From contig JAVXTN010000001.1 of assembly GCA_036642635.1 (NCBI GenBank), positions 1 to 25,166 on the forward strand: DNA of 25,166 bases. Direction: 5' to 3'. The notes beneath the pieces were generated by a model. The model was not told the DNA's origin, searched no databases, and was given only the letters and a program-made list of their open reading frames with translations. A program made the translations under genes and the position numbers. Shown here in pieces: positions 1 to 9,268 of this stretch (positions are counted from its first letter, which is position 1; each line of letters begins with the position of its first letter). The DNA comes from Erysipelotrichaceae bacterium (GTDB taxonomy: Bacteria; Bacillota_I; Bacilli_A; Erysipelotrichales; Erysipelotrichaceae).

Positions 1-78
1 GCAGGTAGTGTAATAACTTATGGTATAGTAAGTGCCTACATAGTAGCCTTTATAAATTATATGGTAACACTACTATGA
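1..78 (+). CDS. spoVAC: 3' end of stage V sporulation protein AC (partial, runs off window start)
   Basis: Frame 1 reads AGSVITYGIVSAYIVAFINYMVTLL*, resembling the SpoVAC C-terminal AGSVI..G..SA segment; its TGA (76-78) overlaps the spoVAD ATG (ATGA). Not in the ORF track because it has no start in the window. Confidence 0.8.
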   Translation, partial: AGSVITYGIVSAYIVAFINYMVTLL

Positions 79-1073
79 CAACTATATCTTTTAAAAATGT
101 ATATGTTAAATCAAGAGCTACTAGTGTAGGTCCAACTGAAATGCAAGGTCCTTTAGCTAACTACTTTGATAATTCTTTTAAAGATAACTATATCAATAGT
201 TCTACTTTTGAAAAAGGAGAACGTAACCTTGTAAAATCTTCAGTAGATGTCGCTTTAAATAAAGCGCATCTACTATTAAAAGACATAGATTTATGTATAG
301 GTTCTGATCTTAATAATCAAATAGCCTGTAGTAATTATTATGCTACTACTATAGATACTCCTTTTATAGGAGTATATGGAGCATGTTCCAACTCAGCTTT
401 AACAATAGGTACTAGTTCTTGTTTTGTCGATAAACTAGGAATGACTAATGTACTATGTTTTACATCATCAAGTAATGCAGTAGCAGAAAAACAATTTAGA
501 TATCCTAATGAATATGGAGTACAAAAGAAAGAAACAACAACCTACACAGTAACAGGAGCTGGAGCTATAATATTATCTAAAGATAAATCAAATATTAAAG
601 TAACTAGTTTTACTATTGGTAAAGTAATAGATTGGGAATTTAAAGATCTAAATGATATGGGTAAAGCTATGGCTCCTTCAGCTTATGAAACATTAACTAC
701 TCATCTAAGTGATCTAAATAGAACTATAGATGATTATGATTTAATAGTTACTGGTGACTTATCTTCTATAGGATTATCTTTTCTTAAAGATTTATTAAGT
801 AAAGATTATAAAAACCATGGAACATTAGATAAAATAAATGATTGTGGTCTTTTAATATATAACATTAATAAACAAAATGTCTTTTGTGGAGGTAGTGGAT
901 GTGGCTGTAGTATGTGTGTAACCCTAGCATACCTCTTAAAACAAATAGAAGATAAGTTATATAAGAGAATACTATTAGTAGCTACAGGAGCTCTATTATC
1001 CCCTATAGAATGTCAACAAAAAGAATCTATCCCATGTTGTTCTCATGCAATAGTCTTTGAAGGTACTTTATAA
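75..1073 (+). CDS. spoVAD: Stage V sporulation protein AD (thiolase-like fold, Ca-DPA uptake/release)
   Basis: Motifs VGPTEMQGPL, DLNNQI, YGACS, AEKQFRYPNEYG, TVTGAGA, DYDLIVTGDL, GGSGCGCS, ATGALLSP, SIPCCSHA; lies between spoVAC and spoVAE. Confidence 0.95.
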   Translation: MTTISFKNVYVKSRATSVGPTEMQGPLANYFDNSFKDNYINSSTFEKGERNLVKSSVDVALNKAHLLLKDIDLCIGSDLNNQIACSNYYATTIDTPFIGVYGACSNSALTIGTSSCFVDKLGMTNVLCFTSSSNAVAEKQFRYPNEYGVQKKETTTYTVTGAGAIILSKDKSNIKVTSFTIGKVIDWEFKDLNDMGKAMAPSAYETLTTHLSDLNRTIDDYDLIVTGDLSSIGLSFLKDLLSKDYKNHGTLDKINDCGLLIYNINKQNVFCGGSGCGCSMCVTLAYLLKQIEDKLYKRILLVATGALLSPIECQQKESIPCCSHAIVFEGTL

Positions 1074-1423
1074 TGATATATTTATATGGTTTCTTATTTT
1101 GTGGTACTATCTGTTTAATAGCTCAATTATTATATGAACATACTAAATTAACTCCTGGTCATATAACTAGTATCTTTGTTATTATAGGTTCTCTTTTAAA
1201 TTATAATAGTATATATGATTTCTTAATTATTAAATGTGGTGCTGGTGCTTTAATCCCTATAACTAGTTTTGGTCATTCTTTAACTCATGGTGCTATTGAA
1301 GCTTCTAAATCTTTAGGTCTTATTGGTATCCCTTTAGGTATCTTTAATTTAACTGCTTCTGGTATTAGTTCTGCTATCTTTTTTGCTTTTATAATGGCTT
1401 TAATCTTTAAAGCTAAATCTTAA
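1073..1423 (+). CDS. spoVAE: Stage V sporulation protein AE (SpoVAEb-type small membrane protein)
   Basis: 116 aa, hydrophobic; G.IC.IAQLL, LTPGHI, GAGA.IPITSFGHSL, SGISSAIFF; TAATG overlap with spoVAD. Confidence 0.92.
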   Translation: MIYLYGFLFCGTICLIAQLLYEHTKLTPGHITSIFVIIGSLLNYNSIYDFLIIKCGAGALIPITSFGHSLTHGAIEASKSLGLIGIPLGIFNLTASGISSAIFFAFIMALIFKAKS

Positions 1424-1424
1424 T

Positions 1425-2747
1425 ATGAATAATTTAGAACTTAGAGTTAATTTATTAAAAGATAAATTAACTAATAGCTTTGATATTATTTATAGACATG
1501 TTGTTATTAATGATCGTAGTACTTATGTTATATTTTTATCATCACTCAGTAACTCTTTGTTACTCAGTGATTTAATAGAGAGTATTGTTATAACTAATAG
1601 GGATAGAGATATGGTATATTATCCAGGTGGAGTAGAGTACCTCGATAATATTGAGGATGCTATTGTTAATTTATTGAGTGGTCAAAGTTTAGTTATGGTT
1701 GAGAAGGATATTGGTTATTATGTTATTGAGACTAGGAGTTATCCTTCTAGATCTACTTCTGAACCTAATAATGAACAGAGTGTTAAAGGTGCTCATGATG
1801 GTTTTGTTGAAAATATTATATTGAATGTTGGTTTATTAAGGAGAAGGATTAGGGATGAATCTTTATATATTAATATTCTTAGGGTTGGTAAAAAGACTAG
1901 AACTGATATAGCTATTGCTTATTTAACTGATGTTGTTAATCCTAAAGTTTTAAATGAATTTAATTCTAAACTTAATTTAGCTATTAATAGTAATGCTGAA
2001 ATTATATCTGAAAGATATTTAGTTGAAGCTATGTATGGTAGATCTTTTAATCCTTATACTCATGTTAGATATACTGAAAGGCCTGATATAGCTAGTGTTT
2101 CTTTATTACAGGGTTATATTATAGTTATAGTTGATAATAGTCCTAATGTTATAATTTTACCTACTAGTTTATTTGAACAACTTCAACAAATAGAAGAATA
2201 TACTCAAACTAATATAGTATCTTTATTTACTAAACTTATTAGATTTATAGGTATTTTATTTCGTTTATATTTACTTCCTTTATGGATTGTTTTAGTTTTT
2301 ACTCAAAATCCTACTTTAATGGATATTCCTTATCCTAATAATTTAAATGTATATGAATTTGGTTTTCAATTAATTTTTGCTGATATTATTATTGAATGGA
2401 TTAGAATGTCTTTAATTCATACTCCTTCTATTTTATCTGGTATTATGAGTTTTATAGTAGTGTTTATTTTAGGTGCTTATACTAAAGAAATATTAATTAT
2501 GATTGCTTTAGTTAATATTGGTAATTTATTAACTCCTAATTATGAATTAGCTTTAGCTAATAAACTTTTTAGAGTTATTATTTCTTTCTTTGCTTTATTA
2601 TTTGGTTTACCTGGTTTTTGTTTTGGTGTTATTCTTCATCTTAAGGTATTACTTAGTACTAGTAGTAAGGAATATCCTTATTTATATCCTTGGATTCCTT
2701 TTTCCTATAAAGAATTTAAGAAAAGACTCCTAGGTATTAAATACTAG
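1425..2747 (+). CDS. spoVAF: GerA-family spore membrane protein, SpoVAF by position
   Basis: GerAA/SpoVAF motifs EPNNEQSVKGAHDGFVE, LLRRRIRD, ERPDIAS..LLQG, IVDNSP, IHTP, TPNYEL; hydrophobic C-terminal half; last gene of the spoVA run. Confidence 0.82.
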   Translation: MNNLELRVNLLKDKLTNSFDIIYRHVVINDRSTYVIFLSSLSNSLLLSDLIESIVITNRDRDMVYYPGGVEYLDNIEDAIVNLLSGQSLVMVEKDIGYYVIETRSYPSRSTSEPNNEQSVKGAHDGFVENIILNVGLLRRRIRDESLYINILRVGKKTRTDIAIAYLTDVVNPKVLNEFNSKLNLAINSNAEIISERYLVEAMYGRSFNPYTHVRYTERPDIASVSLLQGYIIVIVDNSPNVIILPTSLFEQLQQIEEYTQTNIVSLFTKLIRFIGILFRLYLLPLWIVLVFTQNPTLMDIPYPNNLNVYEFGFQLIFADIIIEWIRMSLIHTPSILSGIMSFIVVFILGAYTKEILIMIALVNIGNLLTPNYELALANKLFRVIISFFALLFGLPGFCFGVILHLKVLLSTSSKEYPYLYPWIPFSYKEFKKRLLGIKY

Positions 2748-2756
2748 GTTTTTTTT
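2729..2756 (+). terminator. Intrinsic terminator of the spoVA operon, overlapping the spoVAF stop codon
   Basis: CCTAG-G-TAT-TAA-ATA-CTAGG hairpin (2729-2748) followed by T8 (2749-2756). Confidence 0.65.
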
Positions 2757-2800
2757 AGGATTATTGTTTAATGGGGTTAATATAGAATTGGGGTGATTTA

Positions 2801-3532
2801 ATGAGAGAACAACTTTTAGCTTATGTTATTAAGTATGGTGGTGAGTATCTTAAAATTAAAAAGGCTATTAAGGATAATGAGGATTGGGTTCCTACTTCTA
2901 GTAATTATAACTATATAACAATTTTAGATAAGGAATATCCAGCTAAGCTATTAAGGCTACCTAATCCTCCTTTTGTTTTATTTTATATTGGTGATTTAAG
3001 TTTATTGAAGGAAGATGGGGTAGCCATAGTTGGTACTAGATGTCCTAGCTTAGCTGGTAATAAAGCTATAAAGGCTGTAATGGATAACATTAATTCCAGT
3101 TATAGTATTATAAGTGGTTTAGCTAAGGGGATAGATGGATTAGCCCATAGTTATGGGTTAAACCATCATAAGTGTATAGGTGTAATTGGGTGTGGAATTA
3201 ATGTTATATATCCTAAGGTTAATGGTAGTTTATATGGAGCACTTAAGGAGAAGCATTTGATAGTTAGTGAGTATCCAGAGGGGATAGAACCTTTAGCTTT
3301 TCATTTCCCTATGAGAAATAGAATTATAGTAGCTTTATCTAATAATTTAATAGTAATAGAAGCTAAATTACATAGTGGTACAATGTTAAGTGTTAATGAA
3401 GCATTAAATATTAATGTACCAGTATACTGTATACCTCATGATATATTTAATGAGATGGGATTAGGCTGTAATGAACTAATAAAACAAGGTGCTAATATGA
3501 TTGTAAATATAGAAGATATTAAAGATATTTAA
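2801..3532 (+). CDS. dprA: DNA-processing protein DprA (Smf), short form
   Basis: YPAKLLRLPNPPFVLFYIGD, VAIVGTR, IISGLAKGID, SEYP, FPMRNRIIVALS, VIEAKLHSG, GCNELIKQGA; GGGGTGA RBS; canonical position upstream of topA. Confidence 0.95.
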   Translation: MREQLLAYVIKYGGEYLKIKKAIKDNEDWVPTSSNYNYITILDKEYPAKLLRLPNPPFVLFYIGDLSLLKEDGVAIVGTRCPSLAGNKAIKAVMDNINSSYSIISGLAKGIDGLAHSYGLNHHKCIGVIGCGINVIYPKVNGSLYGALKEKHLIVSEYPEGIEPLAFHFPMRNRIIVALSNNLIVIEAKLHSGTMLSVNEALNINVPVYCIPHDIFNEMGLGCNELIKQGANMIVNIEDIKDI

Positions 3533-3563
3533 TGCTAAAAAAGAAATAAAATATAAAAAGTGT

Positions 3564-3611
3564 TTGACAAATCTATTTTATATCTTAATATTAATAGGTA
3601 TACAGGAGGAA
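3564..3611 (+). promoter_or_regulatory. Sigma-A promoter and RBS of topA
   Basis: TTGACA 3564-3569, 16-bp spacer, TAATAT 3586-3591; AGGAGGA 3605-3611. Confidence 0.65.
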
Positions 3612-3615
3612 TAAT

Positions 3616-5916
3616 ATGACAAAATTAGTAATAGTGGAATCACCATCTAAATCTAAAACGATTGAAAAATACCTTGGAAGTGAATATCATGTAGTTTCAT
3701 CAAAAGGACATATAAGAGATCTAGCAACATCTGGTAAAGGTGGACTAGGAATAGATATTGATAATGACTTTAAACCAACTTATAAAGTAAGTACAGATAA
3801 AAAAGCAATAGTTAAAGATCTTAAAGCTTTAGCTAAAAAAGCAGATATTGTATATCTTGCAAGTGATCATGATCGTGAAGGAGAAGCAATAGCTTGGCAT
3901 TTAGCACAAGAATTAAAAATTGATATGGATCAAGACAACCGTATTATTTTTAATGAAATTACTAAAGGTGCTGTTTTAGAAGCAATTGAACACCCTAGAA
4001 AAATAGATCAAGACTTAGTTAAATCACAAGAAGCAAGAAGAATGCTAGATCGTATTATTGGATTTAAACTATCTAAACTTTTACAATCTAAAATTAAATC
4101 TAAAAGTGCTGGTAGAGTTCAATCAGTAGCTTTAAGACTGATTGTAGAAAGAGAAAATGAAATTAAAGCTTTTATTACTGAAGAATATTGGACTATGAGT
4201 GCTACAGCTAAAATAGCTAATAAGGCAGTTGTAGCTAATTTAACTAAAATTGATGGTAAAAAAGCTGATCTTAAAACAGAAGAAGATACTAACGTAATTA
4301 AAACTAGATGTGCTAATCATGATTACATAGTAAGTAAAGTAGATAAGAAAGTTAAAAAGAAAGAACCAAAAGTTCCGTTCATTACTTCTACATTACAACA
4401 AGAAGCTTCTACTAAGTTAGGTTTCTCAGCAAAGAAAACAATGCAAGTAGCTCAAAAACTATATGAAGGTATTAATATAGGAAGTGGTACTGAAGGACTT
4501 ATATCTTATATGCGTACTGATAGTACTAGACTAAGTGAAGCCTTTGTTAAAGATGCTTTAGGTTTTATAAGTGAAAGTTTTGGTAAAGAATATATGGGAC
4601 ACGCACACCAAAAGAACAGTAGTAATGCACAAGATGCCCATGAAGGTATTAGACCAACTAATGTTAATAGAACTCCTGATAGTATTAAAAAATATTTAAA
4701 TGCTGATCAATATAAATTATATAAATTTATATATGCTAGAACTCTAGCTTCAGTAATGGCCCCTAGTAAAAGTGATGTTGTTAACGTAGTTTTAACAAAT
4801 GATAATGTAGACTTTACATTAAATGGTTCAGTACTAGTATTTGATGGTTACCTAAAGATTTATAGTGACTATGAACAAACTAAAGAAGAATTACTACCTG
4901 AATTAACTGAAGGACAAGTACTATCTCCAGTAGAATTAGAAGGTAAACAACACTTTACTGAACCTCCATTAAGATATAGTGAAGCACGTCTAATTAAGGA
5001 AATGGAAGAAAAAGGTATAGGTAGACCAAGTACATATTCTATGACTATTGATACAATACAAGCAAGAGGTTATGTAACATTAGAAAGAACTAGCGAGACT
5101 AGTAAGACAAAGATGTTTATACCAACTGAACAAGGAACATTAACTGATACTAAACTACAAGAATTCTTTAGTTCAATAATTAATGTATGTTATACAGCTG
5201 ATATGGAACATAACTTAGATGAAATAGCTGATGGTAAATTAAACAGTGTTGATGAATTAAGAGATTTTTATAATAAATTTGCTCCATTATTAGATGAAGC
5301 TTATGATAAAATGGAAAAGAAAGAACTAGAACTTACAGGAGAAAAATGTCCTGATTGTGGTAATGATCTAGTTTATAGAGTAGGACGTTTTGGTAAATTC
5401 ATATCTTGTATAGATTTTCCTAATTGTAAATATACTAAGAGTGAAGGTGAACCAGATCCTGCTTTAGAAACAGATGAAGTATGTCCTAATTGTGGACATA
5501 AACTAGTACAAAAGAAAGGTCGCTTTGGACCATTCCTAGCATGTGGAGATTACCCAAATTGTAAATATATTAAAAGTAATAAACCTAAGTTTGAACCAGT
5601 TCCTACTGGTGAAATGTGCCCTGAATGTGGTAGTGAATTAGTAAAACGTCAATCACGTTTTAAAACATTCTTTATAGGTTGTAGTAATTATCCTAAATGT
5701 CATTACATTAAAAAAGAAGAAAAGAAACCTAAAGATAATGAAGAAGTAAATGCTGAAGTAGTTACTAAAGAAGTAGAAACAGCTAAGAAACCAGTAACTA
5801 AGAAAGCAGTGGCTAAGAAACCAGCAACTAAGAAAGCAGTGGCTAAGAAAGCAGTGGCTAAGAAACCAGTGGCTAAGAAAGCAGTGGCTAAGAAAGCTGT
5901 TAAGGAAGATAAGTAA
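3616..5916 (+). CDS. topA: DNA topoisomerase I (type IA) with three C4 Zn ribbons and a Lys/Ala-rich tail
   Basis: Toprim [28 protein letters not shown], catalytic-Tyr region [26 protein letters not shown]; CPDC, CPNC and CPEC ribbons. Confidence 0.98.
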   Translation: MTKLVIVESPSKSKTIEKYLGSEYHVVSSKGHIRDLATSGKGGLGIDIDNDFKPTYKVSTDKKAIVKDLKALAKKADIVYLASDHDREGEAIAWHLAQELKIDMDQDNRIIFNEITKGAVLEAIEHPRKIDQDLVKSQEARRMLDRIIGFKLSKLLQSKIKSKSAGRVQSVALRLIVERENEIKAFITEEYWTMSATAKIANKAVVANLTKIDGKKADLKTEEDTNVIKTRCANHDYIVSKVDKKVKKKEPKVPFITSTLQQEASTKLGFSAKKTMQVAQKLYEGINIGSGTEGLISYMRTDSTRLSEAFVKDALGFISESFGKEYMGHAHQKNSSNAQDAHEGIRPTNVNRTPDSIKKYLNADQYKLYKFIYARTLASVMAPSKSDVVNVVLTNDNVDFTLNGSVLVFDGYLKIYSDYEQTKEELLPELTEGQVLSPVELEGKQHFTEPPLRYSEARLIKEMEEKGIGRPSTYSMTIDTIQARGYVTLERTSETSKTKMFIPTEQGTLTDTKLQEFFSSIINVCYTADMEHNLDEIADGKLNSVDELRDFYNKFAPLLDEAYDKMEKKELELTGEKCPDCGNDLVYRVGRFGKFISCIDFPNCKYTKSEGEPDPALETDEVCPNCGHKLVQKKGRFGPFLACGDYPNCKYIKSNKPKFEPVPTGEMCPECGSELVKRQSRFKTFFIGCSNYPKCHYIKKEEKKPKDNEEVNAEVVTKEVETAKKPVTKKAVAKKPATKKAVAKKAVAKKPVAKKAVAKKAVKEDK
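5782..5901 (+). repeat. 8 x 15-bp coding tandem repeat, consensus GCTAAGAAA(G/C)CAGTG, encoding AKK(A/P)V pentapeptides
   Basis: Units begin at 5782, 5797, 5812, 5827, 5842, 5857, 5872 and 5887; read directly from the sequence. Confidence 0.95.
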
Positions 5917-7211
5917 TGGAAGAAGTTACTGTAGTAGGAGCTGGACTTGCAGGAGTAGAAGCAACATGGCAATTAATTAAAAGAGGAATACCAGTACATT
6001 TAATTGAAATGCGACCATTAGTAAGTTCTCCTGCACATCATACTGCCAACTTTGCCGAATTAGTATGTTCTAACTCATTAAGAAGTGATGCATTAGATAA
6101 CGCAGTAGGCGTGCTAAAAGAAGAAATGCGCCAATTTGATTCAATAATAATGAAGTATGCAGAAGCAAATAAAGTACCAGCTGGAAGCGCACTAGCAGTA
6201 GATAGAGAAAAGTTCTCTAAAGATATAACAGAATTTATAAAAGGACAACCATTAGTAAGATTTGAAGCTAAACACGTTACTAGTATACCCGAAGGAAAGG
6301 TAATACTAGCTACAGGACCATTAACTAGTGATGCACTAAGTGCATCTATACAAGACTATTTAAAAGAGGAGTACTTTCATTTTTATGATGCTGCTGCTCC
6401 AATTATAGAAAAAGATAGTATCGATATGAATATAGCATACTATAAGTCTAGATATGATAAAGGTGAAGCAGATTATATTAACTGTCCTATGAATAAAGCT
6501 GAATTCAGTTTATTTTATAATGAATTAATTAAGGCTGAGACAGTTAAACTAAAAGACTTTGAAGATGAAAAGTACTTTGAAGGATGCATGCCATTTGAAG
6601 AAATGGCAAGACGAGGTGAAAAGACATTACTGTTTGGTCCAATGAAACCAGTAGGACTAGAACATAATGGGGAAGAACCTTATGCAGTAGTACAATTAAG
6701 ACAAGATGATGCAGCAGCTAGTCTATATAACATTGTAGGTTTTCAAACACATTTAACCTGGGGAGAACAAAAAAGAATATTAAGTTTAATACCAGGATTA
6801 AAAGATGCTAATATAGTACGCTATGGAGTAATGCATAGAAACACTTATATATGTGCACCAAAGGTACTATTAGCAACTTATCAAGCAAAGAATCGTAAAG
6901 ATTTATTTTTTGCTGGCCAAATGAGTGGAGTAGAAGGATATGTAGAATCAGCAGCTAGTGGTATATTAGCAGGATTAAATATGGCACGTATAGTTAAAGG
7001 TAATGAGCCAATAGTATTACCACCAACATGCGTAATGGGATCAATGGCCCATTACATAACACATACACATCCAAAATACTTTCAACCAATGAACGCTAAC
7101 TTTGGAATAATGCAGCTACTAAAAAAAGTAAATAAGAATGAAAGAAAAAGTGCCTTTGCTCAACAAGCAATAGCAGTAATAAAAGAATATGTCACAAAAT
7201 TTGATGAATGA
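5916..7211 (+). CDS. trmFO: tRNA (uracil-54 C5) methyltransferase, folate/FAD-dependent (Gid)
   Basis: [63 protein letters not shown]; TAATG overlap with topA. Confidence 0.97.
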   Translation: MEEVTVVGAGLAGVEATWQLIKRGIPVHLIEMRPLVSSPAHHTANFAELVCSNSLRSDALDNAVGVLKEEMRQFDSIIMKYAEANKVPAGSALAVDREKFSKDITEFIKGQPLVRFEAKHVTSIPEGKVILATGPLTSDALSASIQDYLKEEYFHFYDAAAPIIEKDSIDMNIAYYKSRYDKGEADYINCPMNKAEFSLFYNELIKAETVKLKDFEDEKYFEGCMPFEEMARRGEKTLLFGPMKPVGLEHNGEEPYAVVQLRQDDAAASLYNIVGFQTHLTWGEQKRILSLIPGLKDANIVRYGVMHRNTYICAPKVLLATYQAKNRKDLFFAGQMSGVEGYVESAASGILAGLNMARIVKGNEPIVLPPTCVMGSMAHYITHTHPKYFQPMNANFGIMQLLKKVNKNERKSAFAQQAIAVIKEYVTKFDE

Positions 7212-8100
7212 TCAAATTGATCATTTCTTAAAGTATATAAGTAATATTAATACTAATTCAGAAGCAACTTATGAAGCTTATAACTTAGATTTAAATAATT
7301 TTATAAAATATTTAAATTCGGAAGGTATAGAAAACTTTGCTGATGTAGATCGTAATGCAGTATATAATTATATAGCTTATATAAAAGACACTAATCCTTA
7401 TTTAAAGAACAGTAGTATTGCACGTAGAATGTCAGCCTTAAGATCTTTTTATAGATATTTAAATGAATATAGTGATGTAATAGCTAATCCATTTATATAT
7501 ATTAAAAACATAAAATGTGACCATAATATACCTGACTTTCTTTTCTATGAAGAAATGCTTAAATTTTTAAACAGTATTAATGTTAATGACAAGTTTGGAT
7601 TACGTAACCGTGCTATATTTGAATTAATGTATGCTAGTGGGTTACGTGTAAGTGAGCTATGTAATTTAAAAGTTAATAATATTAATATTAAAGAACAACT
7701 AATAAGAATAGTAGGTAAAGGAACTAAAGAAAGAATAGTGCCTTTTAATGCTACAGCTAAAAAGTATTTGAAGAAGTATCTAGCTAACGAACGTCTTATT
7801 ACTAGCTATAATAGTGATGAATATGTATTTGTTAATGCTAGTAATAAGAAGTTCACATCACGAGGAATACAATACATATTAGATGTATTAGCAAAGAATA
7901 GTGGTTTATCTATGCATTTACATCCACATATGTTTAGGCATTCTTTTGCTACTCATTTATTAGATAATGGTGCTGATATAAGATTTGTACAAGAACTATT
8001 AGGCCATTCAAGTTTGAGTACTACTCAAATTTATACACATGTAAGTAATCAAAGATTGATGAATGTGTATAATAGTGCTCATCCTAGAGCTAAGAAATAA
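7189..8100 (+). CDS. xerC: Tyrosine recombinase XerC/CodV family (start may be ATG 7204)
   Basis: Catalytic set present: [10 protein letters not shown] (R), GKGTKER (K), [12 protein letters not shown] (HxxR), LLGH, TQIYTH (Y); conserved topA-trmFO-xerC context. Confidence 0.9.
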   Translation: MSQNLMNDQIDHFLKYISNINTNSEATYEAYNLDLNNFIKYLNSEGIENFADVDRNAVYNYIAYIKDTNPYLKNSSIARRMSALRSFYRYLNEYSDVIANPFIYIKNIKCDHNIPDFLFYEEMLKFLNSINVNDKFGLRNRAIFELMYASGLRVSELCNLKVNNINIKEQLIRIVGKGTKERIVPFNATAKKYLKKYLANERLITSYNSDEYVFVNASNKKFTSRGIQYILDVLAKNSGLSMHLHPHMFRHSFATHLLDNGADIRFVQELLGHSSLSTTQIYTHVSNQRLMNVYNSAHPRAKK

Positions 8101-8136
8101 AAGAATGGAAGAGTAGTGAGAAAGTTAAAAAAAGTA

Positions 8137-8164
8137 TTGAAAATGAAACAAATTATGGTATACT
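8137..8164 (+). promoter_or_regulatory. Sigma-A promoter of rpsB-tsf with extended -10
   Basis: TTGAAA 8137-8142, 16-bp spacer, TG-G-TATACT (TATACT at 8159-8164). Confidence 0.7.
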
Positions 8165-8184
8165 ATTAAATGGTGTAAAAAGTT

Positions 8185-8296
8185 ACACACGTCGCACATC
8201 ATGGATTCACTGTTCCGTGCTTATGACCAAAAACGGTCCTATATAAGTTACCAGTGTTCGAAATGATGGAGGTCAAACGGAAGTGGAGGATATTAT
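8185..8296 (+). ncRNA. rpsB (S2) leader, cis-regulatory RNA
   Basis: Starts ACACACG (8185-8191), as I recall for known rpsB leaders; nested pairings CATCAT 8197-8202/ATGATG 8263-8268, CACTG 8208-8212/CAGTG 8252-8256, CTTAT 8220-8224/ATAAG 8243-8247, GACC 8225-8228/GGTC 8235-8238; ends at GGAGG RBS 8285-8289. Confidence 0.75.
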
Positions 8297-9247
8297 ATGT
8301 CAATAGTATCAATGAGAAAATTATTAGAAGCAGGTGTACATTACGGTCATCAAACACGTAGATGGAACCCAAAAATGAAACCAAACATTTATGCAAATAA
8401 AAATGGTGTTTACATTATTAACTTAGAAAAAACTCAAGAACAATTAGATACTGCTTATGCAGCAATGAAAGATATTGCTGAAAAAGGTGGTAAAGTGTTA
8501 TTTGTAGGAACTAAGAAACAAGCTCAAGGAATCGTAGTAGAAGAAGCATTACGTTCAGGATCATTCTTTGTTAACCAAAGATGGTTAGGTGGTTTATTAA
8601 CAAACTTCCGTACAATCCAAAAACGTGTACGTCGTCTAATAGAAATTGAAGAAATGGAAGCAAGTGGATTAATCGATGTTTATCCTAAAAAAGAAATTGC
8701 AAAGATTAAGAAACAAAAAGCTCGTTTAGAAAACTTCCTTGGTGGTATTAAGGAAATGAAAAAACTTCCTAACGCTGTATTTGTAGTTGATCCAAAAGAA
8801 GAACACAATGCAGTAGCAGAAGCTAAAAAATTAAATATTCCAGTATTCGCAATGGTAGATACTAACTGTGATCCAGAAGAAGTTGATTACCCAATCGCTT
8901 CAAATGATGATGCAATTCGTTCAGTTAAAATGATTATTACTTTAATGGCTGATGCAATTGTTGAAACTAAAGGTGGAATCCTTTCAGTAGCACACCAAAG
9001 TGAAGATGGTGAAGATATAACAATGAAAGACGTTATTATTAGTGTAGAAGAACAAATCGCTGAAAATGACCGTCGTCGTCGTCAAAGAAATGAAGAAAGA
9101 AGAAGCCGTCGTCCTTTTGATAAGAACCGTCGTCCTTCAGGCCGTGATGGTAAACCTTTCCAAAAAAGAGAATTCAACAACAATGCAAAACCAGCTGAAA
9201 ATGCTGAAACTCCAGCTACAGTAGCACCAACTACTACTGCTGAATAA
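8297..9247 (+). CDS. rpsB: 30S ribosomal protein S2 with long C-terminal extension
   Basis: [51 protein letters not shown]. Confidence 0.99.
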   Translation: MSIVSMRKLLEAGVHYGHQTRRWNPKMKPNIYANKNGVYIINLEKTQEQLDTAYAAMKDIAEKGGKVLFVGTKKQAQGIVVEEALRSGSFFVNQRWLGGLLTNFRTIQKRVRRLIEIEEMEASGLIDVYPKKEIAKIKKQKARLENFLGGIKEMKKLPNAVFVVDPKEEHNAVAEAKKLNIPVFAMVDTNCDPEEVDYPIASNDDAIRSVKMIITLMADAIVETKGGILSVAHQSEDGEDITMKDVIISVEEQIAENDRRRRQRNEERRSRRPFDKNRRPSGRDGKPFQKREFNNNAKPAENAETPATVAPTTTAE

Positions 9248-9268
9248 TACGTAGGAGGAAACTAAAAT

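Noticed and set aside
5703-5972. Minus-strand 89-aa ORF with FLATA repeats
   Set aside because: Antisense shadow of the topA 15-bp repeat; no RBS or independent evidence.
7189-8100. Integrase of a mobile element
   Set aside because: Sits in the conserved topA-trmFO-xerC housekeeping context, with no att-like repeats, tRNA or cargo; no dif-like site recognised nearby.
8199-8396. Minus-strand 65-aa ORF across the rpsB leader
   Set aside because: Overlaps rpsB and its structured leader; no recognisable protein features.
9071-9082. (CGT)4 microsatellite
   Set aside because: In-frame Arg run using the preferred codon of a highly expressed gene; covered under the S2 tail.
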